A stretch of DNA of 64,000 nt from Candidatus Woesearchaeota archaeon (GCA_016203305.1 JACQMY010000035.1:574-64573); one strand, 5' to 3'; counted from the first letter of the stretch, positions 9,791 through 20,345 are shown. Program-made: numbers and translations. Notes: a model not told the origin generated them from the sequence alone.

Positions 9791-10321
9791 TCCTGCGAGT
9801 GCAATTGAAACAACATAAACCGCCTTGTTCCACTGCCAAACAGCAGCACCATCAAAAGGAGGAAAAGGAATCAAGTTAAAAACTCCCAACAACGCGTTAA
9901 TGTAATAACCATACAATGCTACATCAGTTGGCAAGAAGCCAGCTGAAAAGAAAAACAACACTGCCAACAACACGTTCATCATCGGGCCAGCAAGAGCAAT
10001 CCAACCATGCTGACGATGAGACGCGCCACGAATGAAAACACCACCAGGAGCTGCCAGAATGAAACCTGTAAAGCTTAACAAAACACCGATAAGCAACGCC
10101 TGATCATTAGCTCTGAACTCAGCCCAGCATTGGTAACGCTGAGCGACAAACTTGTGTGCCAACTCGTGCAACAAAAACCCAACACCCGCAGTAATCAAAG
10201 CAACAACAATCGCCCACGGCAAACGCGCACCAATACCAACCTTAGCGATAGCAAACATCAAAGAAACAAGCACCCAAGCCTTAACGATCTCCTTAATTTC
10301 AAACCTTGAAAAACTTAACAT
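9764..10321 (-). CDS. Site-2 protease family (M50) intramembrane zinc metalloprotease, short form
   Basis: HELAHKFVA (HExxH) lies in a TM helix, with the downstream NLIPFPPFDGAAV (LxPxxxxDG) motif. The protein is polytopic. Confidence 0.7.
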   Translation of the reverse strand: MLSFSRFEIKEIVKAWVLVSLMFAIAKVGIGARLPWAIVVALITAGVGFLLHELAHKFVAQRYQCWAEFRANDQALLIGVLLSFTGFILAAPGGVFIRGASHRQHGWIALAGPMMNVLLAVLFFFSAGFLPTDVALYGYYINALLGVFNLIPFPPFDGAAVWQWNKAVYVVSIALAGLVFVISLV

Positions 10322-10839
10322 TGTGCCCTCACCGCCGCATCTTCCAAAAAGCTAACGAACAACGCAGTATCATTCCGCCACAAAGCAGCCCGCGCGCCAT
10401 TCAACGAGCTAACAGCATCACTACAACGGCTCCGCTCAACAGTCATCACTACAAGACGAGTATCCAAACCAGCCAGAGAATCAAACAATTTCCTGCTCTC
10501 ACCCTTAGTACGATCAGGACAAGAAGACCAGGAAACCTGATCAACAAGATTAAACAAAGAACGCTCACTCACAAAAAACAACTCAGGCAACACCAAACCA
10601 CTTGGCTCATAATAACGATCGTCAGCACCAAACCTTAACAATTGGTCAATACGACGCAACAACACTCTACACTCGGCAGAAACCCAACCAGAAAACGGAG
10701 CCCTGGCAAGCTGCAAACGCTCCAAACGCAACACGGCAACATCATTAACCACCAGCCCAGTCTGTTCTGATTTGAAATCCTGCAACAAGAACAACACTGG
10801 CAATAACAACAACAGGAATATGACTAACCCCTTTAGCAT
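10315..10839 (-). CDS. Hypothetical signal-anchored/secreted protein upstream-overlapping the S2P gene
   Basis: N-terminal MLKGLVIFLLLLLPVLFLL, with a 7-nt overlap to the S2P start. Confidence 0.4.
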   Translation of the reverse strand: MLKGLVIFLLLLLPVLFLLQDFKSEQTGLVVNDVAVLRLERLQLARAPFSGWVSAECRVLLRRIDQLLRFGADDRYYEPSGLVLPELFFVSERSLFNLVDQVSWSSCPDRTKGESRKLFDSLAGLDTRLVVMTVERSRCSDAVSSLNGARAALWRNDTALFVSFLEDAAVRAQC

Positions 10840-10867
10840 TACGGATAGAACGAGAAGGGAATATAAA

Positions 10868-11100
10868 AAGGGTGCAGGTTGTAGGGTGTAGGACGAAGGC
10901 GGAAGGATGTAGGACGTATTATGAAGAGCGAAGGCATTAGGTTGTAGGACGTAGGTTGTAGGTATTAGGACGAAGGATGTAGGTTGTAGGACGAAGGCGG
11001 AAGGGCGGAGATAGTTTGTAGTTGGTAGTGTGTGGTTTGTAGACTACTTACTACCTACTACGCACTACAAACTCGTTCTGTAAGACGAAGGCGAAGGTTA
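10868..11100. repeat. Long (~33 unit) heptamer array, with a short inverted CTAC segment that matches the flanks of the MITE copy A (candidate empty site)
   Basis: gggtgcaggttgtagggtgtaggacgaaggcggaagg... gtttgtagactacttactacctactacgcactacaaac. Confidence 0.7.
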
Positions 11101-11165
11101 GAAAGATACACCACAGACTGGATTACATACAAAGAAATATAAACAAAAAACGCTTTCTCAAATCC

Positions 11166-12014
11166 ATGATCAAAAAAGAAGAGGGAGTTGTTCTTATGGT
11201 CATCATGGTCGTCGGCTTTTTTGCATTATTCTCAGTATGGATACTCCACCAAAACAACCCAGTTGTATACGCCATCTCGCCCACACCTATCCAAACGATT
11301 TCCTCATTTTACTCAGTGCCAGAATTTCCTGTTGATCTGTCCGGCAAGGACGATTGCGATTTAGTCGGTTATGAAAACGAAATTGAGAACTACATCAAAA
11401 CAATGAGACGACACGCAGCATACCATGAACAACAAACACAAGAAATCAGACAAGAAGCGTTCGCAACAAAAGCGGCAATTAATGCAGGACTGGAAAATCC
11501 AACATACAGCGACGCGTACGGACTGTTGCTATGCACGTCAGCACCTTTAGCACCAATGAGTTCATCTTCATACTACTCGAGCAGTTTCTCAGATGACCAG
11601 TGCGCCACTGCACTTGAAAACATGCAAAAAGCATACCAATATTATCTTGATGCAAAACAAGACTCAAAAGACCAATTAGCAGAGCTCAAAGAATTATTAG
11701 AAGACGTAAGCGATGGACTCGATTATCCGGAAAATTGCTATGAAGATATGCTCGATGCATACTATACGGGCGTCCATAGCGCTGCCACAGACGCAGAGAA
11801 AGCATACGAAGACATGCAAAAATACATTGAAGAAGCAATAGAAGAATGCGAAGACTTATGCGAAGAGGAAACGAGCTCATACGGTATTCCTATTGATCGC
11901 TCACCGTTTATCCAGCCAAGACCCGGAGTATTACGTCCAATTGTTCGCCAGCCCACACGACCTCAATTACCAAGACAAGGGCCACGCCAAGGGCCGATTC
12001 GGCAAAGAAAATAG
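11166..12014 (+). CDS. Hypothetical N-terminally membrane-anchored acidic protein with a basic Pro/Gln/Arg-rich C-terminus
   Basis: A TM segment at residues ~8-28, an acidic middle (EE/DD-rich), and a ...RPQLPRQGPRQGPIRQRK tail. Confidence 0.4.
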   Translation: MIKKEEGVVLMVIMVVGFFALFSVWILHQNNPVVYAISPTPIQTISSFYSVPEFPVDLSGKDDCDLVGYENEIENYIKTMRRHAAYHEQQTQEIRQEAFATKAAINAGLENPTYSDAYGLLLCTSAPLAPMSSSSYYSSSFSDDQCATALENMQKAYQYYLDAKQDSKDQLAELKELLEDVSDGLDYPENCYEDMLDAYYTGVHSAATDAEKAYEDMQKYIEEAIEECEDLCEEETSSYGIPIDRSPFIQPRPGVLRPIVRQPTRPQLPRQGPRQGPIRQRK

Positions 12015-12108
12015 AAGGACGAAGGCGGAAGGAAGTAGGTTGTAGGAATTAGGACGAAGGATGACGGTATTAGGTTGTAGGATGAAGACTGGTGGCTATT
12101 AGCCAGTG
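12014..12108. repeat. Heptamer array ending in GGCTATTAGCC, between convergent genes
   Basis: aggacgaaggcggaaggaagtaggttgtaggaattaggacgaagg...tggctattagccagtg. Confidence 0.65.
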
Positions 12109-12177
12109 TTCTAAGATAAATATTCTTTAGCTGCTTATGACATCTGGTCGTTCAGACAGTACGGAAAGGTGAGAATT

Positions 12178-12909
12178 CTAATCCAGTGACTTCCATAGAT
12201 GCTCAAAGTATTTTCGGTAATTGTCTGCAAGCATCTTATGCTTGATTACAAATGCCATTGGTTTCTCCAGCCATAATACGTTAGCGACATTGTCGCCGTA
12301 GATGTAGATTACGTTGAGCCCGCTCAGTAATTTTGGCAGGATTTTATATTCGTAGTATTTTGATTTTGTGATGGGTTTGTTTCTTGCTTCATGCACGAGG
12401 AGCAGTTTCCATTTGCAACGTCGTTTTTCTCTTGTCTTGTTGTATTGGGGCCAAAAGTAGGGCAGTCTGTTTTCTACGTCGCCTGTTGCACCAATAAATA
12501 ATACTTCTTTGTGTTCCAGGCAGTCTTTGAGTATTGTTTTGATTCCCTCGGTTCCACGATAAATCTCAGCCTCGATTTCGGAGGTTTGCGACCTGAACAT
12601 GCTATTCAGTTCGGGCAATAATTTCTGGGTTGCGCATTTTAGCTCATCAATTTTTGCTTTCTTCTCATCCAAGTATGTTAGTACATTATCAGGGTTCTTG
12701 GCTTGAAAGAATTTTACTTTATTTTCTATAACAAACGTTACCAGTCCTTTCTCTATGAGCTTGTTTAACGCGTCGTAAAGATTCCTTCTGTAAATTCCTG
12801 TTTCTTCTATAATGCGTCTTGCTGAGGTAGCACCGACACTTAAGAGCGTCAGATATGCTTTAATCTCTGTTTCTGTCAAACCTATCTTTTTCAGTATTTG
12901 TGCATCCAT
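12178..12909 (-). CDS. TrmB-family transcriptional regulator
   Basis: N-terminal wHTH LTETEIKAYLTLLSVGATSARRIIEETGIYRRNLYDALNKLIEKGLV, typical of TrmB, with a ~240-aa two-domain layout. Confidence 0.65.
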   Translation of the reverse strand: MDAQILKKIGLTETEIKAYLTLLSVGATSARRIIEETGIYRRNLYDALNKLIEKGLVTFVIENKVKFFQAKNPDNVLTYLDEKKAKIDELKCATQKLLPELNSMFRSQTSEIEAEIYRGTEGIKTILKDCLEHKEVLFIGATGDVENRLPYFWPQYNKTREKRRCKWKLLLVHEARNKPITKSKYYEYKILPKLLSGLNVIYIYGDNVANVLWLEKPMAFVIKHKMLADNYRKYFEHLWKSLD

Positions 12910-12997
12910 AACTTTATCACTACGTTATAGTATTTAAACTTGTGGTAGTCTATGGATACTACGAAACTTAATAGTAGAGGTTGTTCTTCTGTTACAT

Positions 12998-13396
12998 ATG
13001 GAGTATATGTCAGGTTTAAGTACGGCAGTGTTTGAAGTCGAAGCTGCTTCTCCGCAATTGGAGGAGTTTATGCGTTCTAGCGGTGCTTCCTCATCGTCAG
13101 GAAGATTAGAGGAACGTATCGTGACTACGTACCGTGTGCCGATTCTTATACCCGTGGACCGTGGATATTTAGTTGGCGAAGTTGGTTCTTATCCAATCGA
13201 CCGTTTTCTGGATTGTCCGGTATGTGATAGATGGAAACTCCGAGGTCTCAGCCAGGCAGACTTACTGCAACAAATTTTTGATGGCGCAGGACCCATCAAA
13301 CCGATAAAATTGAGAGATATCGTCGCAAAAGTAGAAAATGAATCAGGGCCACATAAAATGTATGTTAGTTATATGTCTGGATCATTATTGGGCTGA
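12998..13396 (+). CDS. Hypothetical protein (132 aa)
   Basis: The ORF is divergent from the trmB-like gene, and a TATA-like tttaaa lies in the shared upstream region. Confidence 0.35.
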   Translation: MEYMSGLSTAVFEVEAASPQLEEFMRSSGASSSSGRLEERIVTTYRVPILIPVDRGYLVGEVGSYPIDRFLDCPVCDRWKLRGLSQADLLQQIFDGAGPIKPIKLRDIVAKVENESGPHKMYVSYMSGSLLG

Positions 13397-13518
13397 TCTT
13401 TCTATTCCATAATTTCGTAATTTAAAACACCTACTATTCCCAAACCGTTCGTTTACGTCTACCTTGTCAGCCTGTTAGAATAGCACATTCTTAAGCGGCC
13501 TATTTGTAGGCTTTGACA

Positions 13519-13785
13519 CTACAACCCGAACGCTTCTGTGAATTCTTTGACTTTTGCGAAGTCTTGCAAGAACTTTCTGCCTTCATCGGTGAGGGCGAAC
13601 ATCATCTTTCCTTTATGGTCTGTTTCAACGATAAGTTTGCGCTGTTTGAGCTCCTCAAGATAGATCTTCATCCGCTGGTGGGAAAGGTTTGACTTGTACA
13701 ACAAATGGGTCGGAAGAATCCTGCCGCCCTTCTCTTCAATTGCCTTCAACATGTCATAGACAATGTCGATCTTTGCACGCTTCAT
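13519..13785 (-). CDS. Small winged-helix DNA-binding protein
   Basis: An 88-aa wHTH-like sequence (IVYDMLKAIEEKGGRILPTHLLYKSNLSHQRMKIYLEELKQRKLI). Its 4-nt overlap with the upstream membrane protein gene suggests coupling. Confidence 0.5.
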   Translation of the reverse strand: MKRAKIDIVYDMLKAIEEKGGRILPTHLLYKSNLSHQRMKIYLEELKQRKLIVETDHKGKMMFALTDEGRKFLQDFAKVKEFTEAFGL

Positions 13786-14528
13786 ACTTGCCTTTTAAGA
13801 CGAACGACTTGTACACAAACAACTTTCGGATTACGCGCTGCCGCACTCTTCAAACGCAACAACGCGGCCAACAAGAACACAAAACCCAATGTTTGAGTAA
13901 CGTGAGCAGTAACGAACAAAAAGTTCCACGCCTGAGTGGACAAAATATAGAAACCCTGAACCAAAAATTGCACTTGAGCAGCAGTCAACAAGGCAAACGC
14001 CTCAAACACCAAAGCAGAAGCCTTGTTACCAACACGCTTGTAGTTCTGATAATAAGCAAGAGTTATGAACGCCAAAAACACCAAACTCAAGCCGTAAAAA
14101 GTACGGTAATAACTCCCGCTCATCAACAAGCTAGGAACCAAAGTCAAAAACAACAACGCAACAATCCGCCTGTCATGAATCTTATGAGTAATCGCTATCA
14201 AGATTATGTATCCAAGAAACGCCAACATAATATGAGTAACGTACCCTGCATAAAACACCAGCCCAGCAATACGCTCGGGCAATTTGATAAAAACCTCACG
14301 CAACAAAGCATCAGTCAAAGCCCTGGAAAGAAAAGAAACAGTCAACAAGCTAATACTGACAGTAAACCAGCCATACTTACGCTCGCCAGTCAAGCGCCAA
14401 GCCTTATAGCTGGCAAACGCCACCAACAAAGCAATAACACCAGCCAAAGCTTCCAACGCAGCATCAACACCCAAAAACCAGTGCGGGCCATGCAAGTAGA
14501 CATTAATCATAACGACGAAAAAAGACAA
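13782..14528 (-). CDS. Hypothetical polytopic membrane protein (248 aa)
   Basis: 6-7 hydrophobic helices. Confidence 0.4.
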   Translation of the reverse strand: MSFFVVMINVYLHGPHWFLGVDAALEALAGVIALLVAFASYKAWRLTGERKYGWFTVSISLLTVSFLSRALTDALLREVFIKLPERIAGLVFYAGYVTHIMLAFLGYIILIAITHKIHDRRIVALLFLTLVPSLLMSGSYYRTFYGLSLVFLAFITLAYYQNYKRVGNKASALVFEAFALLTAAQVQFLVQGFYILSTQAWNFLFVTAHVTQTLGFVFLLAALLRLKSAAARNPKVVCVQVVRLKRQV

Positions 14529-14591
14529 CTTTGCTTTTAAGCTTTATGGATGCAAAATCCAAATTAGTTCTTCACAAGGGATATTAAAACG

Positions 14592-14730
14592 AGGATAAAG
14601 GGTGAAGGGCGTAGGTATTAGAACGAAGGATGAAGGTTGAAGGTATTAGGACGAAGGTTGTAAGGCGAAGAATGCAGTCTTCATCCTTCAACCTTATACC
14701 TTCATCCTCTCTATTCTTCACCCTTATACC
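14592..14730. repeat. Heptamer array plus inverted complement, forming a ~140-bp imperfect palindrome
   Basis: gataaagggtgaagggcgtaggtattagaacgaaggatgaaggttgaaggtattagg...cttcatccttcaaccttataccttcatcctctctattcttcacccttatacc. Confidence 0.7.
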
Positions 14731-14746
14731 TAAAACGAGGTGCAAC

Positions 14747-14866
14747 ATGAAATACGAAACATGGAACGAAGACCTGCAAGCCATCAAAAGTTTGCTGGAC
14801 GCAGGAGCAATATCTGAAGAAGAGGCAACAGAAATGAGAAAATACTTGGAAGCGCTGGCTGCCTAG
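14747..14866 (+). CDS. Small SHOCT-like protein (39 aa)
   Basis: GAGGTG SD 6 nt upstream of the ATG. LQAIKSLLDAGAISEEEATEMRKYL resembles the SHOCT motif. Confidence 0.4.
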   Translation: MKYETWNEDLQAIKSLLDAGAISEEEATEMRKYLEALAA

Positions 14867-16644
14867 CCTCTCCTGCAAGAATCCATGAAAGCCCAGCGTG
14901 CAACACACATCACAACTGCAGCACCAAAGAAAATCACTATCAGGATAGCAAGAGGGCCCAGGAGGTCGGACAATGAGACGTTGTAAAATAAACTCTGCTG
15001 CAACATGGAAATTCCAGAAGTAAACGGAATGAGCGATGCAACCGTCGACATAAACGAAGCCATTCGCTCAACAGGATAAACAACGCCCCCCAGTATCAAA
15101 GTAACCATGAGGAAAAAAGCGCAGACAAGCAAAGAAGTCGTCTTCGTACGCACAACATACGCAATAGTCATGCCGATCAAAGTATGCGTGCCTATCAACA
15201 ACAAAAGAACTGCCAACAAGGTTCCCAAACTCTTCAAAATGTCCAGATAGAAAATGAAATAACCCATCAGCAAAATAACCAAAACCTGACAAGTTGTGAC
15301 AAACAACACTGTAAGAAACAACGATCCAAACGAAACCAGCCAAGAGCGAGGCATGAGCTGATTTCTCAAGAATGCAGGAGAGTGCAGTTCCTCCAACAAC
15401 AAAATGTTTGACAACATTGTAGCGACAAAACAAATAAGCAAACTAAGGACGAACGGCAAAAAAGTCTGGATCGTGCCAAAATTCAACAACCGCTGCTTTT
15501 GGTTTTCTGTCAAATCCCAACCTGCCTCAAGATCACGCAAACGCTCACTGCCAACAAACAAAGGCATAAAACCAACAGTAATAGGCTTGACAACCTCGTC
15601 AACAGAAGTTTTACCAAGATCATCCAACTTGCTGCCTTGTTGATCAATCCTCGTTTGCAAGTCCCTTAATTCAACAGAACGCTGATCAATAGTCTCGATA
15701 GCATTCGAAACACGCTGCTCGTTACGAATAATCACGTCACGAGCACGCTCCAAAGACTGCAAAGCTTCATCAATGCCATCAATAACTTTCTGAACGCGAG
15801 ACAGCTCACCATCAACCAAACTCCTTGCCTCTGACAAATCATTCCTAGAAGCCTGAACTTCAGATCTAGCTGCTGAAATAGCAGACATAGAAGCAGCATC
15901 ACCAGTTGCTGCAGCCACATTATACGCATTGTACAACGCAGCATCTGCCTCGCCAAGAGTAGCTTCTGCCTTTCCAAAACCCTGAGACTTCGCACTCTCG
16001 GCCTGCGAATGAGCGGAAGAAACCTCTGAACGAACCTCCCTCAACTCATCAATCCTCAACTCAACATCCTCTCTAGTTGACCGCAAATCTGATTTTGCCT
16101 GCACCAAATCAACACGCTGCCGTTCCAAATCCTTCAACAAAACAGCGGCAAAAGAGCCACTCGAGTCCAAAAAATCAGCAGTATTCTTCACCTCGCCAAG
16201 AAATCCAGCGGCCTTCTGCCGAACCAAAGCCTCCTTCTCAGCATTAACAGCAGCACGAACCTGATTAAGCAAAATCAACGAAATAAGCTCCCTGGTATTA
16301 TCAAAATACGCGTTAAGCGCGTCCCCTGAAGGTTGCAAGCACAAATGAAGCCTTTGTGTTTTCAAATCAGCAGTACAATCATCCAGAGAAGCATAAGGAA
16401 CAAAGTTACCAACATAAGAAAGCTTAGGCCAGAGCGAATCAAAACGCACATTTGCTGGATCAACAACGTGCCCGATCGTAATACTGTTGAAACCCAAATC
16501 TGAGAATGCAATGATCAAAACCAGCATAATGCTCAACGGCCCAATCACGGAAACAAACAACGACGTCCAATTCCTGAACAACAACTTCATATCCTTCTCA
16601 AAAGAAGCACTAAACGCGCGCATCACACACCTCACGGAAAACAA
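14863..16644 (-). CDS. ABC-2 family permease with a large extracytoplasmic coiled-coil domain (YhgE/Pip-like)
   Basis: An N-terminal TM segment, a ~300-aa coiled-coil-rich loop, then five C-terminal TM helices. The start overlaps the ATPase gene. Confidence 0.65.
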   Translation of the reverse strand: MFSVRCVMRAFSASFEKDMKLLFRNWTSLFVSVIGPLSIMLVLIIAFSDLGFNSITIGHVVDPANVRFDSLWPKLSYVGNFVPYASLDDCTADLKTQRLHLCLQPSGDALNAYFDNTRELISLILLNQVRAAVNAEKEALVRQKAAGFLGEVKNTADFLDSSGSFAAVLLKDLERQRVDLVQAKSDLRSTREDVELRIDELREVRSEVSSAHSQAESAKSQGFGKAEATLGEADAALYNAYNVAAATGDAASMSAISAARSEVQASRNDLSEARSLVDGELSRVQKVIDGIDEALQSLERARDVIIRNEQRVSNAIETIDQRSVELRDLQTRIDQQGSKLDDLGKTSVDEVVKPITVGFMPLFVGSERLRDLEAGWDLTENQKQRLLNFGTIQTFLPFVLSLLICFVATMLSNILLLEELHSPAFLRNQLMPRSWLVSFGSLFLTVLFVTTCQVLVILLMGYFIFYLDILKSLGTLLAVLLLLIGTHTLIGMTIAYVVRTKTTSLLVCAFFLMVTLILGGVVYPVERMASFMSTVASLIPFTSGISMLQQSLFYNVSLSDLLGPLAILIVIFFGAAVVMCVARWAFMDSCRRG

Positions 16645-17314
16645 CCTCCAACTGACGCGCGCCCTTCAAAGATTTCAGTTCCTGTCCACCGATCAACTTG
16701 CCATTTGAAACAATAACAAGCTCAGTGCACCACTTCTCCAGTTCCCTCAAATCATGACTCGAAATAATAACCGTCTTGCCCAACGCGTGAATACGATGGA
16801 TTAAAGACCAAACCATTTCCTGCAAGAAAACATCCAAACCAGTAGTTGGCTCGTCAAGCACAAGAATAGGAGGATCATGAATCAATGCCAAGGCAATATC
16901 CAAACGACGCTTCATGCCACCAGAAAGCTTCGATGCAATGCGATGCCTCGCTTCTTCCAACTGCATCAAAACAAGCAACTCCTTGATGCGTGAGGAAATA
17001 ACCCTTGAAGAAAGCCCGTACATCCTGCCAAAGTACCAAAGATTCTCAACAACAGAAAGTTGTGGGTAAAACGAATATTCCTGACTAGCAAAACCAACCA
17101 TCTTCTTCAAAGAGGCCCTGTTTGGCAGAAACACTTTACCAGAACTTGGCGCGATCATGCCAGTCAACACGCGCAACAAAGTAGTCTTACCAGCACCACT
17201 CCTGCCAACCAAGCCAAGAAGCGTACCCTGATTTATTGACAAGTTTACGTTTGAAAGAACATGCTTGCTGCCAAAACGCAGCGAAACATCACACAACTGC
17301 ATGATTGCTGACAT
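16610..17314 (-). CDS. ABC transporter ATP-binding protein
   Basis: Walker A GRSGAGKTTLLRVLTG, signature LSGGMKRRLDIALAL, Walker B ILVLDEPTTGLD. Confidence 0.85.
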   Translation of the reverse strand: MSAIMQLCDVSLRFGSKHVLSNVNLSINQGTLLGLVGRSGAGKTTLLRVLTGMIAPSSGKVFLPNRASLKKMVGFASQEYSFYPQLSVVENLWYFGRMYGLSSRVISSRIKELLVLMQLEEARHRIASKLSGGMKRRLDIALALIHDPPILVLDEPTTGLDVFLQEMVWSLIHRIHALGKTVIISSHDLRELEKWCTELVIVSNGKLIGGQELKSLKGARQLEVVFREVCDARV

Positions 17315-17405
17315 AGACGATGAGGGAAAGCAGCCCGTTATAAAGGTTACTATGTGTTGACTATTATATAGTGACTACATGACTAAAGTATCCGTGGGCC
17401 AGAAA

Positions 17406-17990
17406 CTATTTCTGAAGTATTTTTCGTATTTCCTCATTGAAAATCTTGGCCCTGCCGAGGCTGGTCTGAGCTTTGTTTTGCATTGCGATCTCTCCGAGCT
17501 CGTACGTGAATGTTGTTCGCTTTTCCTTCTCGTAATAGTACTCCTCGATCAGCATTTTTGCTCTTTCCTTTCCAAGAAGCTCTGCTGTCTCTGTTTTTGC
17601 TTCCGCGAAGTCTTCGATCAATTTCTTCTGGAGCTTGCCGGTCAAGTAGAAGTAGAACACAAGGGCATCAAATGTGACTGCATGAACTCCTATTTCTGTT
17701 TTGATTTTGATTCCGTTACTTTCGAGCAGTGCCCGTGCCATGTAAAACATCGAGTAATAACTTGTGTTAATGACCCAGAGGAATCCATTAAAATCAGCAT
17801 AACCAATTTGACTTTGCAGTTGTTGGCTTGTTGACATTTCGAATAACAGCTTAGCGGCACTGAGTGAATTCCTGGCGTTTGTCAAGAAGAAATCGACGAA
17901 CTTCTTTTGACTGTCAATAACTCTCTTTCCTTCCTTTACGCATTTTGGCACTCTGCCCCTGATTTCTTTGAGTTTTTTATCGTCTAGCAT
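17406..17990 (-). CDS. HEPN-domain protein (putative toxin of a HEPN–MNT pair)
   Basis: A ~190-aa helical protein, overlapping and downstream of a nucleotidyltransferase gene. The assignment rests mainly on context. Confidence 0.5.
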   Translation of the reverse strand: MLDDKKLKEIRGRVPKCVKEGKRVIDSQKKFVDFFLTNARNSLSAAKLLFEMSTSQQLQSQIGYADFNGFLWVINTSYYSMFYMARALLESNGIKIKTEIGVHAVTFDALVFYFYLTGKLQKKLIEDFAEAKTETAELLGKERAKMLIEEYYYEKEKRTTFTYELGEIAMQNKAQTSLGRAKIFNEEIRKILQK

Positions 17991-18573
17991 TTTTCAATAT
18001 CCTATAGTAGTTTTCTGCGCCAAACAGTATAATATGCTGATTCAGCGTTTCATTCGCCACATTTTGCTCGTCACGTTTCGAAAACATTTCGTGAGCACTC
18101 TCACTCGTGATTACTTTGATATCGAATGACGTTGCAAAGCTCGAGGCAATGTTATGGAGTATTTTCTCAACTTCATTGACACGCTGCGGGTTTTCAACAA
18201 CAAACAATACATCAACGTCTCTTGGCTGCGCTTTACAAATAGAAGAGCCAAAGATAAGGAAAACAAAAAAATCAAGCTTCAACCGCACTAGAACGTCATT
18301 CGCACAGAGAGCAATGGTTTTGTTCATCGCAAGAAAGTCTTTCGCCTTTAACGATTCAACATACGCAAGCACAGAGTGATTTTCTCTGTAATTAAGGCTG
18401 AGAAAGCTTTGCTTATCTTTGTCAAGAAACCTCAAGCTTAAGAGGCTCTTAACTGAGCGGTGAATAAGTGGGTAGGGTTTTTTTAATACTTCAGAAATCT
18501 TCTTAATGCTAAACTTCTCAGTAATATTTGAAGCGAAAACTTCCAACACCCGCAACTGCGTTTTTGTCAACAT
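17977..18573 (-). CDS. Minimal nucleotidyltransferase (MNT, Pol-beta superfamily) with an N-terminal wHTH
   Basis: GSS...DVDVLFVVEN nucleotidyltransferase motif, with a 14-nt overlap to the HEPN gene. Confidence 0.6.
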   Translation of the reverse strand: MLTKTQLRVLEVFASNITEKFSIKKISEVLKKPYPLIHRSVKSLLSLRFLDKDKQSFLSLNYRENHSVLAYVESLKAKDFLAMNKTIALCANDVLVRLKLDFFVFLIFGSSICKAQPRDVDVLFVVENPQRVNEVEKILHNIASSFATSFDIKVITSESAHEMFSKRDEQNVANETLNQHIILFGAENYYRILKNARR

Positions 18574-18711
18574 AACTTTAAAGGTATAGTGCTATATCTT
18601 TTTGGATATATAAACCTTTCTGTTTAAGACAGCCAAAAAACCATAGTCAGACCAATAGAAGAACTGCACAGAAGAGAACAGGCAAAGATATCCGTTCATC
18701 CAAATAATTAT

Positions 18712-19155
18712 TCAACATAGTGGCCATACATCGGACTCTTTGAGTTTAGGGAATTTTTTATCGGTTGTTTCTTGAACAGAGGTGATGTTCATCGTTCGCC
18801 CGTCGATGGTTACATAGTAAATAAATTTTGTAGTACTCAAGACAGACTTTGTTGGAACAACCACTTTAACAATATAAAAGTCCGCCAACCAGTCCAGCGC
18901 AGTATCCTCTGACAGAGTCGAGTCAACACAGTGAACACTCTTAACTGCGGTCACAGCAACAGTATCAAATTTATGGTTCTTAACCCATTCGACAGCAACA
19001 TCTTCCGCTATTAGAATGTCCTCAGATTTTGAACAACCAACAACCACTAACATTAGTAATGCAAGCAAAAACTTAACTCTTATGGACGATTGAATCGGCT
19101 GTTTCTTTATATTATTTGCTCCCATGCCTTTTCCTATATCTAGAACAATCCCCAC
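18712..19155 (-). CDS. Putative lipoprotein
   Basis: [16 protein letters not shown] lipobox. Confidence 0.45.
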   Translation of the reverse strand: MGIVLDIGKGMGANNIKKQPIQSSIRVKFLLALLMLVVVGCSKSEDILIAEDVAVEWVKNHKFDTVAVTAVKSVHCVDSTLSEDTALDWLADFYIVKVVVPTKSVLSTTKFIYYVTIDGRTMNITSVQETTDKKFPKLKESDVWPLC

Positions 19156-20195
19156 TTTTTGCTTCCTTCTTTTTCAAACTCTTTCAACAACTCAATCTGT
19201 TTTTTAGTAACCTTCTTCGGAAGCGTGATGTTGACATTCACAACAATGTCTCCTTTGTGCTTGCTACGCAACTCTGGCAAGCCCTCACCTTCCAAACGAA
19301 TCTGAGCACCATTCTGCGTTCCAGAAGGAATGTCCACCTTCTTCTTACCATGCAACGTTTCAACTGTTATTTCGCCGCCAATGCAAGCGGTAACAAAACT
19401 AACAGGCTGAACAACAAGCAAGTCCGTTCCTTCACGCACGAAACGCTCGTCATTCTCAACATGAACAACAACGTAAAAATCGCCAGCAGAACCACCCTTA
19501 ACAGCCTCACCCTCACCAGCAAGACGCAACTTCATCCCATCCTCAATGCCAGCAGGAATCTTAACACTCAAAGGCTCACGAGAAACTAAAACACCATCAC
19601 CATCACACTCCTTGCAAACGTTTTCTGCCCGCTCGCCAGAACCCTTGCACGCATTACAGGTAGTTGTAGTAGCAAAAACGCCAAAAGGAGTCCTCCGTGC
19701 CTGACGCACAACACCTTGGCCTTGACAAGTATTACACGTTGTAAAATCCGTGCCTCCCTTGCCACGACAAGTATCACAAGCAACATGACGCGAAACGTGC
19801 AAGTCCTTCACAGCACCTTTCGCGACATCATCAAGAGAAATTGTAACCTCTGCAACCAAGTCACGGCCAGAACGACCATTCCCACGCCTGCCAAAACCAA
19901 AACCTGAAAAAAAGCTGTCAAAAATATCATCAAAATTAGAGCCGGCAGCAAAATCACGAAAATCAAACCCGGAAAACTGCTGGCCACCAGCACTGCCAAA
20001 CTGATCGTACTGCTTCCGCTTCTCAGGATCACCAAGAACAGCAGCAGCCTCATTCACCTGCTTGAACTTATCAGTAGCATCAGGACTCTTATTCAAGTCA
20101 GGATGATACTGCTTGGCAAGCTTCTTGTAAGCCCGCTTAATATCCTCTTGCGAAGCATCCTTGCTGACACCAAGAGTTTCGTAATAATCAACCAT
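19140..20195 (-). CDS. dnaJ: Chaperone DnaJ (Hsp40)
   Basis: J-domain with HPD (YHPDLN), G/F region, four CxxCxGxG zinc-finger repeats. Confidence 0.9.
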   Translation of the reverse strand: MVDYYETLGVSKDASQEDIKRAYKKLAKQYHPDLNKSPDATDKFKQVNEAAAVLGDPEKRKQYDQFGSAGGQQFSGFDFRDFAAGSNFDDIFDSFFSGFGFGRRGNGRSGRDLVAEVTISLDDVAKGAVKDLHVSRHVACDTCRGKGGTDFTTCNTCQGQGVVRQARRTPFGVFATTTTCNACKGSGERAENVCKECDGDGVLVSREPLSVKIPAGIEDGMKLRLAGEGEAVKGGSAGDFYVVVHVENDERFVREGTDLLVVQPVSFVTACIGGEITVETLHGKKKVDIPSGTQNGAQIRLEGEGLPELRSKHKGDIVVNVNITLPKKVTKKQIELLKEFEKEGSKKWGLF

Positions 20196-20345
20196 ACCGT
20201 CCTTTCACGCGATGCTTGTCAGAGTTGAGAACTTCCTCAAGCTCAACCTCGGCCATGCGCGACAAAGCAAACTGCGACAATGCACGCATGACAAAGTACA
20301 GCACGACAATACCCAACAGGGCACCGCCAGCCAGCCGGTAGTCAA

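Noticed and set aside
13397-13518. Possible tRNA or small RNA in a gene-free gap
   Set aside because: No cloverleaf-compatible stems or conserved T-loop (GTTC) / D-loop features were seen by eye.
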